A stretch of DNA of 61,806 nt, filler included, from Basidioascus undulatus (GCA_000826855.1; 5 parts of 5 records of this genome joined end to end with filler, not necessarily neighbours in it); one strand, 5' to 3'; counted from the first letter of the whole stretch, positions 37,373-51,577 are shown. Numbers and translations are program-made. Notes: generated by a model not told the origin, from the sequence alone.

Positions 37373-38116
37373 CGTGGTTTGTGGACAAGCCGGGGAGGAC
37401 GCGTCGGGCGCGCGTCTGGGATGATTTCCCAGGGCGCTGGGGCCTACGCGTCGGCGTAGGGGTGAGTGAAGGGAGGTACTGGCGGGGTGGACGTTGAGTT
37501 TCTGATTAACTAGGGTTGAAGTAGCGTAGAAAGTCCGGTAGGCTGTTGGTGAGCTGTGAGAAGGTTCGAAACGATGAGAGAGCAAGTTGATGAGATGTTG
37601 TTGGCTTTCTTGAATTTCAAGTCCAGTCACGCCGACAATCAAAACGCTACCGTTACAATGGTCGACTTTAATTCTCCTTGCTTGTCCTTGTTCTTAGTTT
37701 ATCGTAAATGCACGTGTTGCAAAGTACATGTGCGAGGGTCGTGGATGTCCTCGACGGTGCATCCTCCAACTCGAGGACTGTCAAGCTCGCTGACATCGGA
37801 CATTCCCGGATTGCCGGACACACAGGCTGTCCAAGTCTGAATACTCATCTTGCACGACAAACACGCAGTACACTGCAGCTCTTTGATACAACAACATGCA
37901 TAGAACTCGCAACCGGGTTGAGGGCATGCTGCTGGTCCCCCGCATAAAGGCGTGCCTTGTTATCGGCCTAAGTTCTTGACAAATGATTGCACGTGTCGTG
38001 TCGCGATGCGCTCAGGCGGAAGGCTTTCCCTTGGCCTTGCTTTCTTCCCTTTCCTCCTCCCGTCCCGCCCCCACTTGCTCCCATCCGCACGGTTGGAGTA
38101 CACCGCCCAGCGCGCA

Positions 38117-41100
38117 ATGGCCGACGACGAGCTGCGCAGGCGCAAGGGCGCTGCTGAGGGTGCTCAAGTTGCTGAGGCTGAGACTGCCGAGACGGCGGTG
38201 GAGGACTCGAAAAAGGAAGACGTGGTGCTGGGGAGGACGCCGGATGGCACGGGTGCGTTTTTCGTAGGCTATGTGGGTCATTGGAAAGGGCGATGCTGAT
38301 ACTCAGATGCTATGGTTGTGCAGTCTTCAAAGTCCCCCACACAAGCGACGTCCTCACCTCGCTCTTCCACCCGGCCAAGTACCTCCTCCCCTCGCCCTCC
38401 TCCCCCCTCCCCCACTCAGCCACTTCCCCACAGGCCCAAGACCCACCTCGACCTGCTCACCCTGATCACGCTCGCCTCTCAAGTGCTCCTCTTCGCGCTC
38501 CTCCCGCTGCGCACCTCCCGCGTGCTCTTCTTCCTCCTCTTCACCTTCTGGCGCCTCTCGTACAACCTCGGCCTCGGTTACGTCCTCCGCAAGCAGAGCG
38601 AGAAGCGGTGGATCGTCGGCTGGGTCAAGAGAATGGGGTGGTTTGATAAGACGCGCAGGCCGGGCGTGAGGAAGTGGGTGGAGGAGCAGGTGAGGGGGAA
38701 GATGGGCGAGGGCTATGAGTTTGATGTGCGTGTTCCTCTTTCCTTCAATACGTCTCGTTCCTGACTCTTGTACCTTTTAGGCCTGCCCGTAAGCTCCCCT
38801 TCAAGGTTATTCCTTCTCCCCTCCTCACTCTCCCTCCATAGCGTCGAATACAACACCTGGCTCTTCTTCCGACACTGCGTCGACGTGATCCTCCTCAACG
38901 ACTTCGTGTCGTATTCGCTCTTCGCGTGGGCGCACTGCCGTCTCCCCGAAGGGCACGGCTGGCTGTGGCATGTCCTGCGGTGCGCCTCTATCCCATTCCC
39001 CTCCATCGCCTTCCTCATCCCTCTTAAATACTCGCTGCCCGGCGCCTGACTTTGAATTGCGAGTAAAGATGGGTCGGCGGCTGGGCAATGATCTTCTTCA
39101 ACCTCTGGGTTAAGGTAGACGCGCACCGCGTTGTCAAGGACTATGCGTGGTACTGGGGTGCGTGTCGGCCGTGAGGAGAGGTGGAGAGAGAAGACGCTGA
39201 TGAGGGGGGTTGTATAAAGGCGACGCGTTCTTCCAGCAGATTCAGTCCCTCGTGTTCGACGGTGTGTTTGAGCTCGCCCCCCACCCCATGTACTCGATCG
39301 GTGCGCGTTCTCCTTACCCTCACCACCAAAAACCTACCGCTTACAGTCGAGCTGTGCAGGTTACGCTGGGTCCGTAATTCTCTGTTCACAACCCAGCCTA
39401 TAACCGCGACACTGACGTGCAGCCGAACCAGCTTCTACGGCCTCTCCCTCGTCGTCGGCTCCTACCGCGTCCTCTTCGTCTCGCTCTTCGCGCACGCTGC
39501 GCAATTCGGCTTCCTCCTCTGGTTCGAGAACCCTCGTGCGCGATCCCCTCCCGTCCTTCCTCCCCCTCTCCCGCTCACACCCATTCTCCCGGACAGACAT
39601 CGAGCGCACCTACGGCGAGCGCAAGCCAATCGCGGCGCGCGTGCCGCTCACGACAGAGGCTGCGCCGGCCGAGTCACCGGCGACGACCCCGACGCTTACT
39701 GCCAGCGCGGGGACAGAGACGGAGACGGAACTGGAGAGTCTGGATGGCGCGGCGGTGGGGGTTGAAGAGCCGGAGGAGAACGGCAGCCCGACCAGCACGG
39801 TCCCGAAGGCGGAGAACAAGCGCCCGCAGACGCTCCATGATCTCGAGCACAAGTACTTCGACAGGGACCTCACGGTGTTTAAGAACTTTGATCTCTTCCG
39901 GTGCGTTCTCCCTTCCCTTCGCCTACCATGCCCCGTGCTGAGGAACATTTTACAGTGCCAACGACTTCTCCACCCTTGCTCTCCTCCTCTACGCGCTCCT
40001 CCCCTCCTTCCTGCCCGCGCTCTCGCGCCCCTCCCAGCTCGCGCTGTACTTCCTGCACGCGCTCGCGTGGCGGGCGCTGCACTCGTTCGGCCTCGGCCTC
40101 GCGCTCCGCAAGCAGAGCGAGGAAAAGTGGCTCGTCAGACACTACATCAAGTGGTACGCCCGCGACGACGCGGAGGCAGCTAAGCGCGATGCGTTTGGCG
40201 CGTGGAAGCAGGTTTATAATACATGCTTGGTGATGACTTATGGTACGTGCGCATCTATGGGGCATTCGGTTCGGGCACGAACGAGGAAGAGGCGGGGAGG
40301 GACAGCGAGAAGCGGATGGAGAGCTGATCTGTGGTGCGCGCAGCGAGCTACCTCGCCCTCGCGTGGAAGACGTACACGCTACCGACGCAGTGGACGGTGG
40401 GCACCGAGCTGTTGCGGCACACGATCGGCACGGTGAGCCTGGACCATCTCCCAACCGACCCTAGCCAACCAGGACTGATGGTGTGTGCACCCGCCCGCAG
40501 CTCCTCGTCGCCCTCCAGGTCTGGTGCGCGCTCGAAACGCACGAGGTCATCGGCGACTTCGGTGAGTCACCGCAGTTCTGCGACCCCTGCAATAAGCAGC
40601 ATGGTTGATCAGGCTGTACGCGAAGGCTGGTTCTTCGGAAACTTCTTCCTGGATGAATACCCGTCGAAGCTGTACTACACCGGCGTAAGTCCTTCCTTCC
40701 GTTCCACGCAAGAGTCAAAGCACGAGAAGTTCATTTTGGATTGATTTCGTAACAGATCTATCGCTACCTCAACGACCCCGAGCGCTCGATGGGCGGTGCG
40801 GCGCTGTTCGGCCTCGCGCTCATCTCGGGTTCGCGTCTCACGCTGACCATGGCGCTCATCTCGTACCTCGTTCGTCTCTTCTCATCCCCACCTTCCCTCC
40901 AGACCCAATCGCTGATGTTCTCGTCCCTGCAGGCGCACTGGTGGTTCCTCTCCTACGTCGAGAACCCGCACACGCGCAAGCTCTACGGCGACGCGGTCCG
41001 GCGCACCGGCGGCGCCGCAAAGACGCTCAAGAACGCCGCGTGCTCAAACTCGTTCCTCCTCTCGGGCAAGGGGCAGCACGTCGAGCGCCTCGCCAAGGAG

Positions 41101-42382
41101 GTCCAGGGTACCGTTGAGAAGGTGTATGATGAGACGGTCGAGGTTGTCGAGGAGTTCTTGAAGACTGGTACGTTGGCGCCGTGGGGTGGGAAAGATCGGA
41201 TGGGGATGGGGAGAAGGCTGATGAGAGGGCAGGAGAGTAGCGAGGCCCCAGATTAACCAGGTCGTCAAGGACACGAGGGTCCTGCTTCAGCAGTCGCGCG
41301 AGCGGCTCGTCATCACGTACGCGTTTTCTATCCACTCACTGTGTCGGGCCGAAAGCTGACATGAAGTTGGACTGCGCCAGCCGCGTCGACAAGGACCTCT
41401 CGCCGTTTGACCTCTCCAAGTACTCTATCACCGTCCAGCCGTCGTCATCCCCGCGCGAGCCGATGAGCTTCCATCTCGGCGAGCCCATCCGCATTGCGTG
41501 GACCGCGCCCGCGAACCACTCGCGCAAAGACTGGGTCGGCGTGCGTCTTTCCCCTAACCTATTTTCCCCCTTTCCATGCAAGTAGACTCATTAAGCCGGG
41601 TTCCCCCAGATCTACCGTGTCGGCGCGAACAAGGACGCGCTCATCACGCGCGTTTCGTCGCAGGGTAAGTGGGTCGCGATCCACTCGGACGAGTACGAGG
41701 GCGCGCGCCCCGTCCCGGCCAAGCGCCCCGAGGACGTCGCCGGCTCGAGTTCGTTCGCCGAGCTCCAGAATGGGGTCGTCACCCTCCGCGGGGACGCCCT
41801 CCCCTGGGCGAGCGGCAAGTACGAGCTCAGGTACCACCATGCTGGTGCGTTGGATATTCTGTTGTGAGAGCGTGGTGGATGGAGGCTGAGAAGGTTGTCA
41901 TGCGACAGGCAAGCACAACGTCATGGCCAGCTGCGGTCCGATCGAGATCTTCGGTGAGTTTTCTGAGCTTTTCCGTTACAGCGTATCCCAAGCTAAACTG
42001 CTCCTCGTCTACAGTCGACCGCCCCACCGACCCCGACGTGCTTGAGCCGATCCACAACGCGCTCTCGCGCTCCGTCGCGTACGCGCTGGACCTCGACCCA
42101 GCGCTCGTCCCCCCCTCGGCATGGCACCTGCTGCCCGAGTCCGTCGAGCTGCCTGCGCCCGGGTCGCCCGAGGCGGACCGCGATCCGGACGACATGGTGA
42201 TCATGCACGAGAAGCAGGCGCGCCGTGTCGCGCTCGCCATCCGCGAGAGCTTCGCCGTCGAGTTTACACCCCAGGTTGTTATCGCCGATGCGAATACCGG
42301 AAGGATAGCACAGAGGGTGCTCGATACGCGAAGGCTGCTCGGGATGGTGGAACGAAAGTCACCGGCGGTCACGCAGGGGTAG
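38117..42382 (+). CDS. CHO2: Phosphatidylethanolamine N-methyltransferase
   Basis: [116 protein letters not shown] and [12 protein letters not shown]. Confidence 0.95.
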
Positions 42383-43070
42383 GCTGGAGGAGGACGGAGG
42401 TGGGAGGTGGAAGGTGGGGAGGCGAAACAGGTCAGGAGGTGAAAATGGAAGAAGGCGCGGAGGGTTTGCGGAGGGTTTGCTAGAATGTCATACACAAGTC
42501 TTTTACTCGTACATTTCGGTTGCTCTATGTGAAGTGCTATCCTTTGGGGGCAGGTCGATCTAGCGTCTCTCGAAGTTGCACATCCTCGCCTTTGCTCGCC
42601 TTTCGTTTCGGCATCTTCGCAGCATTTTGATTGCCTTTACCTTGATGATTGTTCTAATCATAAACTTCTACACTTTTGGTTGGCTATCGGTCCTGTTTGT
42701 CGCTATAAAGGCCGGCTTGTAGAAGTCGATCGGACCCACAGACCCACGTGACCGTGCTGCTCTAAGGTCGAAACTCGTGCGATCTGCCTGGCGCCATGAC
42801 CCCTCTGGCTGGTTGAGGTCTCGCCACTCCATCTTGTTCCCCTGTCTGAAAACATACGTTGGGGCGCCCATTTCCTTGAACGACATTGTGCGCGACGGCG
42901 ACGGCGGCGGCCGCAACGACCTAGACAACAGCAACGACGACAAAGCCTCGGGCCAGGCCAGCTCGAGCGAGCTCCAACCGAGCCAGGCTGCTCCCGGCGC
43001 TCTGCAGCTTATTCGCGCTGTCTATACCCCAATTCATACCCTATAACGACTGCTGCACGATACACACACA

Positions 43071-46000
43071 ATGGCTGATTTCCCGGTGCGCCGCTTCCTT
43101 ATGTTTCGGCTCGCGTGTACATTGCCAACTGCCTCCCATGCCTGGTACAGTCCCGCAACCCGGACGGTCTTACTTTCGGTGGTCTCCTGCAGCAGACGTA
43201 TGTCACCCTCATCGTCTCAAGCGTGTGCCTGTGCGCCGTCGAGGGACTCCGCCGCGTCCCTCGGCGGAGAGGGAATCCGCGCAAGGTCGAGCGCGAGATG
43301 GCGCGCGAGCGGGAGAGGGTGGTCGAGGGCGAAACTGTCACGGAGAGGGCGATTAGGCTGCTAGGGAGCAGGGAGGCGCTCGTTACTGGATAGTGAGTCT
43401 GAATTCTTTTTTAGATTGTCGGTCGGGTTTGAGGGGAAAGTACTGACCCGGGACTGTGGCATGACAGCCTCTACCTCGGCCGCTGCTACTCCGCAATACC
43501 CAGCCCGCCGCACCCGCGCATCCCGCTCATGTGGATCAAGCAGGTCTTGTCCTTTTCGGACGCCGAGCTCCTCCCCCTCGTCGGTGGGGACGCGACCGTC
43601 TACCTTCGCTTCCTGCGCGGCTGCTGTCAGTCTTGCCCCACACTGCACCCGCTTAGGCACCAGTTCGCTCACACTGCCGGAGGGCAACAGGGTATTTCGT
43701 GCTCCTCCACACTCTGACCACTATGGTCATCCTCTTCCCCATCCATTACATCTACTCCAAGGACGACCTGGACCACGACAACATGGCGATCGCCTCGCTC
43801 TCGAGCCTAGTCGACACCAAGAAGGGCAAGAGCCTGCTCTGGGTGCACATGGTTCTGGTAAGTATTCTGTATTCGTGCAACCCCATACAGCATCGCTTAT
43901 TTACGGAGATTCCAGGCGTTCTGGATCACCGGAACCTGGGTAGCGACCCTGCTCTGGATCCTGCGCGGCGTCCTCCGCTACCGCGAAACCGTCGCGCTCA
44001 CTGCCCCTGTCCGCCCCGCTGAGGCGTTCACGGACCCCTACATCCCCGACCCCTCTGTCCGCTGCCGAACGATCATGGTGACCAATATCCCCAATTCCCT
44101 GCGCACCGACCGCGCGCTGTCGACATACTTCGCCTTCCACCTCTCCCGCTCCGAATCCTCTTCCTCGCGCCCAACCACCCCCGGCGCCCAGACGCGTTCC
44201 TCCTCTCCGCGCACCTCCTCCTCCTCCGCGATTGATCTCCACACGCCCGAGCGGCCCTCGGTCGACGAGCTCGCGGAGGACATGGTCGAGCGCGTGGTGA
44301 TCGTGCGCAAGATGAGCAACCTCGTCGGGCTCATCGAGCGGCGGGACGAGGTCCTCCGCCGCCTGGAGCTCGCGCACATCAAGCTCGCGAAGCGCGCACT
44401 GGAGGCGGTCAAGGAGCGGCTGGAGGACGACGAGGAGCGGCGGCGGCTCGGTCTGGACTTGGAGGGCGGCGATGGCGAGGAGGAGGCGCGCATGGCAAGG
44501 CTCGTCAAGGTCCTCGCGCCGTTCGCGAGAGAGTTCGAGCGCCCGCCGAGCAAGATCAGCGCGGCGCTGAAGAGCTTCGTCCAAAAGACGACGCAGTGCG
44601 CGCCCAGCTTGTTCACCGCTGTCGCGCCTCACTCGCGCGAGTCGTCCGCTGCGAGCACCGGCGACGCCGACGCGCCTTCGTGTAGCGGCAACGCGCAGCA
44701 GGAGGAGAAGCACGAGACGGTCTGGGAGGCGCTGCATTCCATGCCGCGCACCGACCTCGACGCGTTCCAGCCCCTTACGCGCATCCAGCCGCTTCACAAG
44801 TCGCTGTTTGCAAAGGGTGAATCCACCACGGTCCCGACAATCGACTACCTCGGCGCGAAAGTGCGTTCCCTTCGTGTTTCTTTCCTCTATCTCATGCTGA
44901 CTTTCACACTCCCTCCGTGACAGGTGAACCTCCTCTCCGCCCTCATAGCCGAGCACCGCGCGCGCCCGCTCTCCGACTTCCCCCCCGCCTCCACCGCATT
45001 CGTCACCTTCCGGACCTACACCGACGCGGAGCGCGCCTGGCGCACGCTGCCGAACCATCCGATGCGCCCGCTGACTTGCATCGCGCGGCCTGCGCCACAG
45101 TTCACCGACCTCGACTGGGAGCGCCTCGTCCGCGCCGGGTTCACGGGCCAGACCGTCCGCGACTGGGTCGTCGCGATGGGCATTTGGGGGTTCCAGATCT
45201 TTTGGATCTTCCCGATCTCGGCGCTGGCTGGTGAGTTGGCGGAAAAAGGCGGGTGCAGGAGGTCGAACAGGAGATATCTGACTCAGTCGGGTTGGCGTCA
45301 TCCAGGTCTCGTGTCGATTCAGCAGCTCTCGCGGCTCATCCCCAATCTCGTACGGGTTCCCCACGCTCTCCTACCTCACCCTGCCCTGTCCTGTTACTCT
45401 CTCTGACTTTCACATCCCTCACACGACAGCGAGACCACTTCGACCGGAACCCGCAGCAAGCCAAGCTACTCTCCGGTCTCCTGCCAACGCTCATCGTCGC
45501 GGGAATCACGCTCCTCGTGCCTGTCCTGCTCTTCCTCATCGGGCGCAAGGCCCAGACGCTCGTCACCTACTCCAAACTCCACGATCAGATCCTCATCCGG
45601 TACTGGAAGTTCTTGGTGCTTAGTGCGTTTCCGTTTTCCGCCTGCTTGCAGCCGCCGTGAAGTCTGAGGCTGACATGCGGTGACAGACATTGTCGTCTTC
45701 TTCTGCATGTGCGTTGGAGTGCCCACCAAATGCATGCCATGGCTCTGAATAGAATCTTATGTCTTTCTCCACAGCGGCGTTACGGCTTTCCGGTCGTTCC
45801 TCACCTCGTTCCGCAATCAGATCGCGAGCCCGCTCGACGTCGTCGCTGGGAGCTTTCCGCAGGCCGCGCCGTTCTTCGCTTCTTGGCGTACGTTGAGCCA
45901 TCGTCGTGCTCTTGTTCGGATAGCACGAGGCCTGACAAACGCCCGCAGTCATTCTTCAGGCGAGCTTGCATAGCATGCTCCAGCTTGGTCTCCGTAAGTT

Positions 46001-48727
46001 TCCCCTTCGCAATCTCTTACGACTGCGCGACTGACTTTGCCGGAACCCGAACAGTTGGTGTAAGTGCCGTTGTAGTCCTTTAGTTTCAAACCGCACCGGT
46101 CCTAACTCAACGTGCTTAATGAACGCCTCTCAGCTTCCGCTCATCACATACTTCTTCGGAGTTCGCACGGCGAAGATACCGCGCAAGCGCGCCGCCGGCA
46201 CGCAGTCGCGCACGATTGATTATCACTGTGCGTCCGACCATGTCCCACCGTAAAGTTCGATGAAACTGACGGGCGGCATGTTCACAGATTGGCTGCCTAA
46301 CCGTTAGTCAATACCCACAGTCTGGGGTAATCCTTGCGAAGAAATCGTGGCTGACTTAACTTGGGGTTTGCAGATCTCCTCGTGCTCACTGTAGTGCTCG
46401 TCTTCACGCTTCTCAACCCGCTCGTCATACCCTTTGCCCTTATCTATTTCTCGGTTGCCAACGTTGTGCGTAGCTCCGACTCCTCTCTCATTGCGACCGC
46501 GGCTAAGCTAGCGATGTGTACCCGTGCAGGTATTCCGCAACCAGGTGCGTACCATAGCCGATCGAGGTGGATGTCTGGGATGGCCGTTCATCGTGTTCAC
46601 CGCATAGTTCCTTCACGTTTACGCACGACGATATTACGAAAGAAACGGGCGCATTCTCGCCGTCCGCCTGCTTCGCTATTCCCTAGATGGCATGGTCCTG
46701 GGCCAGGTAAGCGCCCTTGAGAGGTTTCCGACACGTTCGACATGGTCGCTGAACATAGATACCGTAGGTCACTTTCCTCGCCTTCAATGTCGTTCTCAGA
46801 AACAAGACATACGCCGGACTGTCTGGCGCGCTGGTCGCCGTGACCGTCTTGATCAAGCTCTTCATCACGCGGCATTTCAAGGCCCGCTATTTCGCGTACG
46901 TGAAATCCGGAAATCTGTTTGGGCTTACCTGTGGGTGGCTGAACGGTTCCTCCCTTTCGTAGCCTGGAGGCGCTGGACGCTCGCCGTCGCGCGGACGAGG
47001 AGGTCGACGAGAAGCCTGCTCAGCCGGCGGAGGCTATCGACTCGGAAAAGGCTAAGGAGAATGCGAATGCCTCCGAAAAGAGCCAGCAGCAGCGGCCGCT
47101 ACGCTCCCGCCTGTCCGGCTTCTTCACCTGGCACCCAGCGTCCATCGACGTGTACTCGACCGTCCGCGCGAAGGGCAGCACGTTTGTCGACCGTATGCGC
47201 CGCAAGCCGAACCCGTTTGTCCTCCACGGCGGTGCCGGCGGCGACGGGCGGTCCGACTCGGGCGTCTTCCAGCGGTACAACTCGATCGACTCCCGCGGCG
47301 GCACGGTCGAGGACGGGGGCGAGGATCTGTCCACGCCCGGGCCCTACTGGGACAAGAAGTCTTGGCCGGCCTCGCGCCCCGTGTCGCTCGACGAGAGCAA
47401 GAAGAGCAGGACGGTGGCGGCGCCGCTCAAGGCGGGGCTCAAGATGGCCGCTCGCGTGCCTCAGGTTCCCGGCAAGGTCATCAAGAAGGCGCTCGCGCCG
47501 TCCGCGCCCAAGGCCGAGAAGCCGCCGCTTAACCTCGCGACGGTGACCGACCTGCTCGGTGTTCACGAGCCTGAGACTCTCGTCACGCCTCATCCGCCGT
47601 TCCCGCGATGGGACGATACGCCCGATCACAGGTGCGCTACTTCTTTTCCACCTACCTCAACGCCCTTGCGGCTGATCTCGGCCCTATTGTCTATCAGTGT
47701 CAAGTACGACTGCCCCTACTACGTCAACGACCTTGACTCGTTCCTCTGGCTTCCGCGCGACCCGACTGGCCCGATCGACCTCGACGACACAATCGAGCTG
47801 CACCGTTCGCTCGTCTGCAAAGGCGACGGGCAGCTCGGTGACTGGCCGCCGACATTTAATACTGTCGCCGAGGCCGTGGCAGATGCGGAGCACACAGCTG
47901 ATCAGGAGCTAGTCAACGCGCAGCTGCACGGGCAGCCGCCGCCGCTGCGGGGCAGCGCGCTCTCCATGACGGACGGCGAGCCGCTGACGCCCATCGCGTC
48001 GGACACGGGCAACATTATGCCCTTCCCTCTCACCCACTCGCCCATCCTCACCTCCTCGCCGCCGTCGCTCTCCGCTCCGCTCCGCTCCGACTCGCGCGAC
48101 TCGTCCTTCCTCCTCCCGCCCCCAATGTCACCCACCACCACGCCCAAGCGCCGCACACTCTCCGAGTCGATGGAGCTCGAGTCCCTCCGCTCCGACCTCG
48201 GGTCCGGCGGTACCGGATCCCGCCCCGGATCCCGCCCGTCCACATCCCGCCGACCGACCACCCCGCGCCGCAAAACGACGATCAAGATCGACGGCGAGGA
48301 CCTGGACAATCCGCCACTGGGCCGCCAGCGCTCGCGCCTGCTGCGCGTGCGGTCCACCTCCCGCGCACACGACTCGCCCGCGCCGTCGGCGTTCCACCCG
48401 CCCGACGCAGCGCACCACGAGCGGAGCGCGACGCTCGGCAGCCGGCGGCGCGGGTCGAGCGGCGCGTCCTCTCAGCACCCGCACGCTTCGCCCGCCGAGC
48501 AGCACCCGTTGGGCCGAACCGGTCGTGGGCGTGGGCGCTCCAACACCGCCACGAGCATCGTGAGCACCGAGGCGCTGCTCGGGCAGGTCATTGCTGAGGA
48601 GTGCGCGGCGACGACGCTGCGGGTCGAGCGCGAGCGGGAGGAGGCGCGCGCGCAGGCAAGGCACGCCCGCCAGCAGTCGAGCTTCATCAGCCGGATATTC
48701 TGGAGGAAGGATGACGAGGACAAGTAG
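43071..48727 (+). CDS. OSCA/TMEM63 (CSC1/RSN1-like) calcium-permeable stress-gated cation channel with a long C-terminal tail
   Basis: VGGDATVYLRFLR, ILFPIHY, RTIMVTNIP, STAFVTF, APQFTDLDWERL, LSGLLPTL and LNPLVIPFALIYF..VFRNQFLHVY. ATG 43071 splices in frame (MADFP|SRNPDGLTFGG); the stop is at 48727. Confidence 0.9.
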
Positions 48728-49153
48728 AACCGCCCGCCCTCCTCCCTCTTCTTTTTGTTTTGGAACTTCCTTCCGGATGCTGCTATGCCACGTTGTACAT
48801 TATTTCCTCTTTTTGGTGCTTTAGACCGAGACGACACTTCTTACGACCCCCTTATTGCAAACACTGCACGCCTTCGATTTCTTTTTTTCTATATCTTATC
48901 GCCCTCTTAGCGCTGCCCTGCATCACGTTGCTCTTGCTCGCTCGCCGTACTCTTGCATACCTGATGACCCATAAGCGCTGCATCCTCTCAATGACATGAC
49001 CACCTGCACTGCATTGTTCCTCGTCTGGTTTGCCCTGCAGTGTCGTAATGCTATCTTTCCTGTCTACACACACTTGCACAACTTCTTCGCAAGCACACCC
49101 TAAACCAACGAAAGACAAGCGACAATAATGATCATTCATTCGGTCCGTGACCC

Positions 49154-49341
49154 TCAACCACCCTCCTTCTTCGCCCCACTCACATCCCTATCCCCATCCC
49201 CATTCTCCGCTTCTCCAACCCACCGCGGCACCTCGAACGTCACGCTCTCGCACGCGAGCGTCTCGGTGTTGACGAGCGCGATCGTGCCCGACGCGGAGAA
49301 GCGCGGGAGGAGGACAACGCGCGTGCGCTGGGCGTCGTCGC
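49154..49341 (-). CDS. POL31: Last exon of the DNA polymerase delta small subunit (Pol31/Cdc1/POLD2); the rest is off-contig
   Basis: After a CTGAC..CAG acceptor the exon reads GDDAQRTRVVLLPRFSASGTIALVNTETLACESVTF...*, matching the POLD2 C-terminal pattern V.L..P.FS.TG...LVN..TL. Confidence 0.7.
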
Positions 49342-49455
49342 CTGTCCATCGTCGTCGGTCCGGTTGAGTGTCAGTCTCAGATACGCATACGAGGGGACGA
49401 CCATGTGCAGAGGGTGGGTGGGTGTATGATGGATATAAGAGAAAGCGCCTGGAAC

Positions 49456-49555
49456 NNNNNNNNNNNNNNNNNNNNNNNNNNNNNNNNNNNNNNNNNNNNT
49501 TAATTAATTAANNNNNNNNNNNNNNNNNNNNNNNNNNNNNNNNNNNNNNNNNNNN
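49456..49555. other. Artificial contig-joining spacer
   Basis: N44-TTAATTAATTAA-N44. Confidence 0.97.
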
Positions 49556-50178
49556 CATGGAACGGGTGGAGGAGGCTAGGAGGGTGGGGGAGGGGGTGGG
49601 TGGGAAGGATGAGTAATGGTGGGGGGCGGGCTTGACTCTTATTCGGCCGTGGGGGAGCAGGAAAGAACAAGTACATCCCCCGGCGCAGAGGAAGCTCGCG
49701 ATGTGGAGTGCGCGGAGGCGCCACGCGTGCTGGTGCTGGGGGTCGGAGGAGAAGAGTGACGGGTAAGGAGAGCTGCAGGACGAGCACTAAAGAAGACTTG
49801 GGTCGCTAGGTTGAGTGGTTTCTTTCTTTCAGTTGTTGGATTCGATTGGATTTGACAGTTAGCGGTGTAGGAGGGGAGAGGATCGGGCGCACTCACTCAT
49901 GAGCACATGCTGCTTCCGCCCCTCCTTCATCCGGCTCCACACGTCCCCGCCGAGGAGGGCGTACACCCGGTTCCAGAGGCGTGCATGAACGGCCTGAGGA
50001 GATGCCGGTAAGCTTGTCAGCACGGTAGTGAATGACGTGTTGGACGCATCAAGACCAGGAAGTAACCAAACGATCAATCGCGCCAGAAACGGAATCTATG
50101 GTCGCTATCTAGCACATGGCGACTCCGCACATACTCAGCTTAAGCTTAAACCATCCTCACATTGAAGGCGGAATCCAT
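49556..50178 (-). CDS. 5' part of an unidentified multi-exon gene
   Basis: Short exons between clear GT..CTGAC/CTAAC..AG introns: MDSAFN | IATIDSVSGAID | AVHARLWNRVYALLGGDVWSRMKEGRKQHVLM. The exact phases were not resolved. Confidence 0.4.
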
Positions 50179-51577
50179 CCTGGAGGGGTGTGGATGGGAT
50201 GGAGACGGCGCAACTGAGAAAGAAGACGGCTGATGACGACTGACGAGCAAAAAGGCAAACGTGTCGGGAGCGCAAGTTGCCGCTGTCGACTCCAGACACT
50301 TCCGTCGTCGGTACCCATCACACCAAATCACATAGAATAACATCATTATGCCGCCCAATCAGACTATAGTAATGTCTCTTGACGCTCCGGGGAGCGTTTG
50401 GAGCGTCGTTAAGGCCTGCCGCGCCACATAATACATTGAGCGTCTCACTCAGTCGCGCAAGGACCGCCGATGGTAAGCAAACCTTTTTTACCCTTCTCTG
50501 GCGAGAAGCCGATGTGCTGGGAATGGGGGAGTCCTGAGATTGCCGAGGCTGAGCACAGCCTGAACTAGCCTGACTGTACGGTATTAACACTAGTACTGGT
50601 TGAAGCAGGACAGATCTTACACTGCTGGGCGCCCTGGTTCCGTCGGCGAGATCTTGCGAGATTAATCGGAAGCACGCAAACACAAGGATGGAGAGCTTTC
50701 CGGAATACGTACTCCTTGCAATTAACCAGGTGGATAAAGTGTAATTACGATCGGGTTTCTATGCTATCGCGAGAAACGCCTACTTGGTCCGTCTTCTGTC
50801 GTCAGAGCGCTCTGCTCCGTCCTCCGTCCACTCCATCTTCTGGGAGTTGTGCAGCTCTTCATTTCCGGAGTTATTTTTGGCCCCTGAAGGGCTCTGGGGC
50901 AATGTCGAAGTAATACTCACACCCACACGCAAAGTCCCCAAGACTCGCGGGCTTCAGTCGTCCTCTCGATTCGCTGAATTTTCACCGAAGAAAGTCATCG
51001 TCTGTGACTGATGGAATCCAAGTGTATCAGCTGAAAATATAAAGTATTCAATAATTCTTCCATACCATTAATGAGAAAACCCGTGAAAATCTCCAGCTCG
51101 GTCTGCCGATCCATTGCTCGTGTCAACTTGCATGGCACAAACAGCAGTATCACGAGTTTGACGAGGCCTAACTATTGGGTACCTCCTATTTACTTCGTAA
51201 GGAAGCCGCCAGAGCTTCAAACGGCCGTGTGTCACTTTAGAGATTGGTTACCGTGTCTCCCGTTCGTTAACACGCTGCTACCAAAGGCTTCGCTGTGCAC
51301 AAGCTACGCGTCCACCCTCAAACTCACCTACTGAAAGACACATTTATTTTTCTGTTCAAGTGGGTTTCCAAGTATCCCGATACAGGACGGCAAGCGGTAT
51401 GGCAGTCGACCACTGTGCGCGCCATTTTTCCCTCTTCATCCGGTTCCGCTGGCACCCGCCTCTCCACCCCGTGTGGCGCTCTCCCCTCTTTCCCTTTCGC
51501 CACTCACTCCATCATCTCCATTTCATACCGTTATAGTTTCTCTCCCGGTCTCCTCAAGATACGCGGCGTCCACACGG

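Noticed and set aside
42668..42886. 72-aa minus-strand ORF (MSFKEMGAPTYVFRQ...) between CHO2 and the OSCA gene
   Set aside because: No motif, intron or other support; it cannot be distinguished from a chance ORF.
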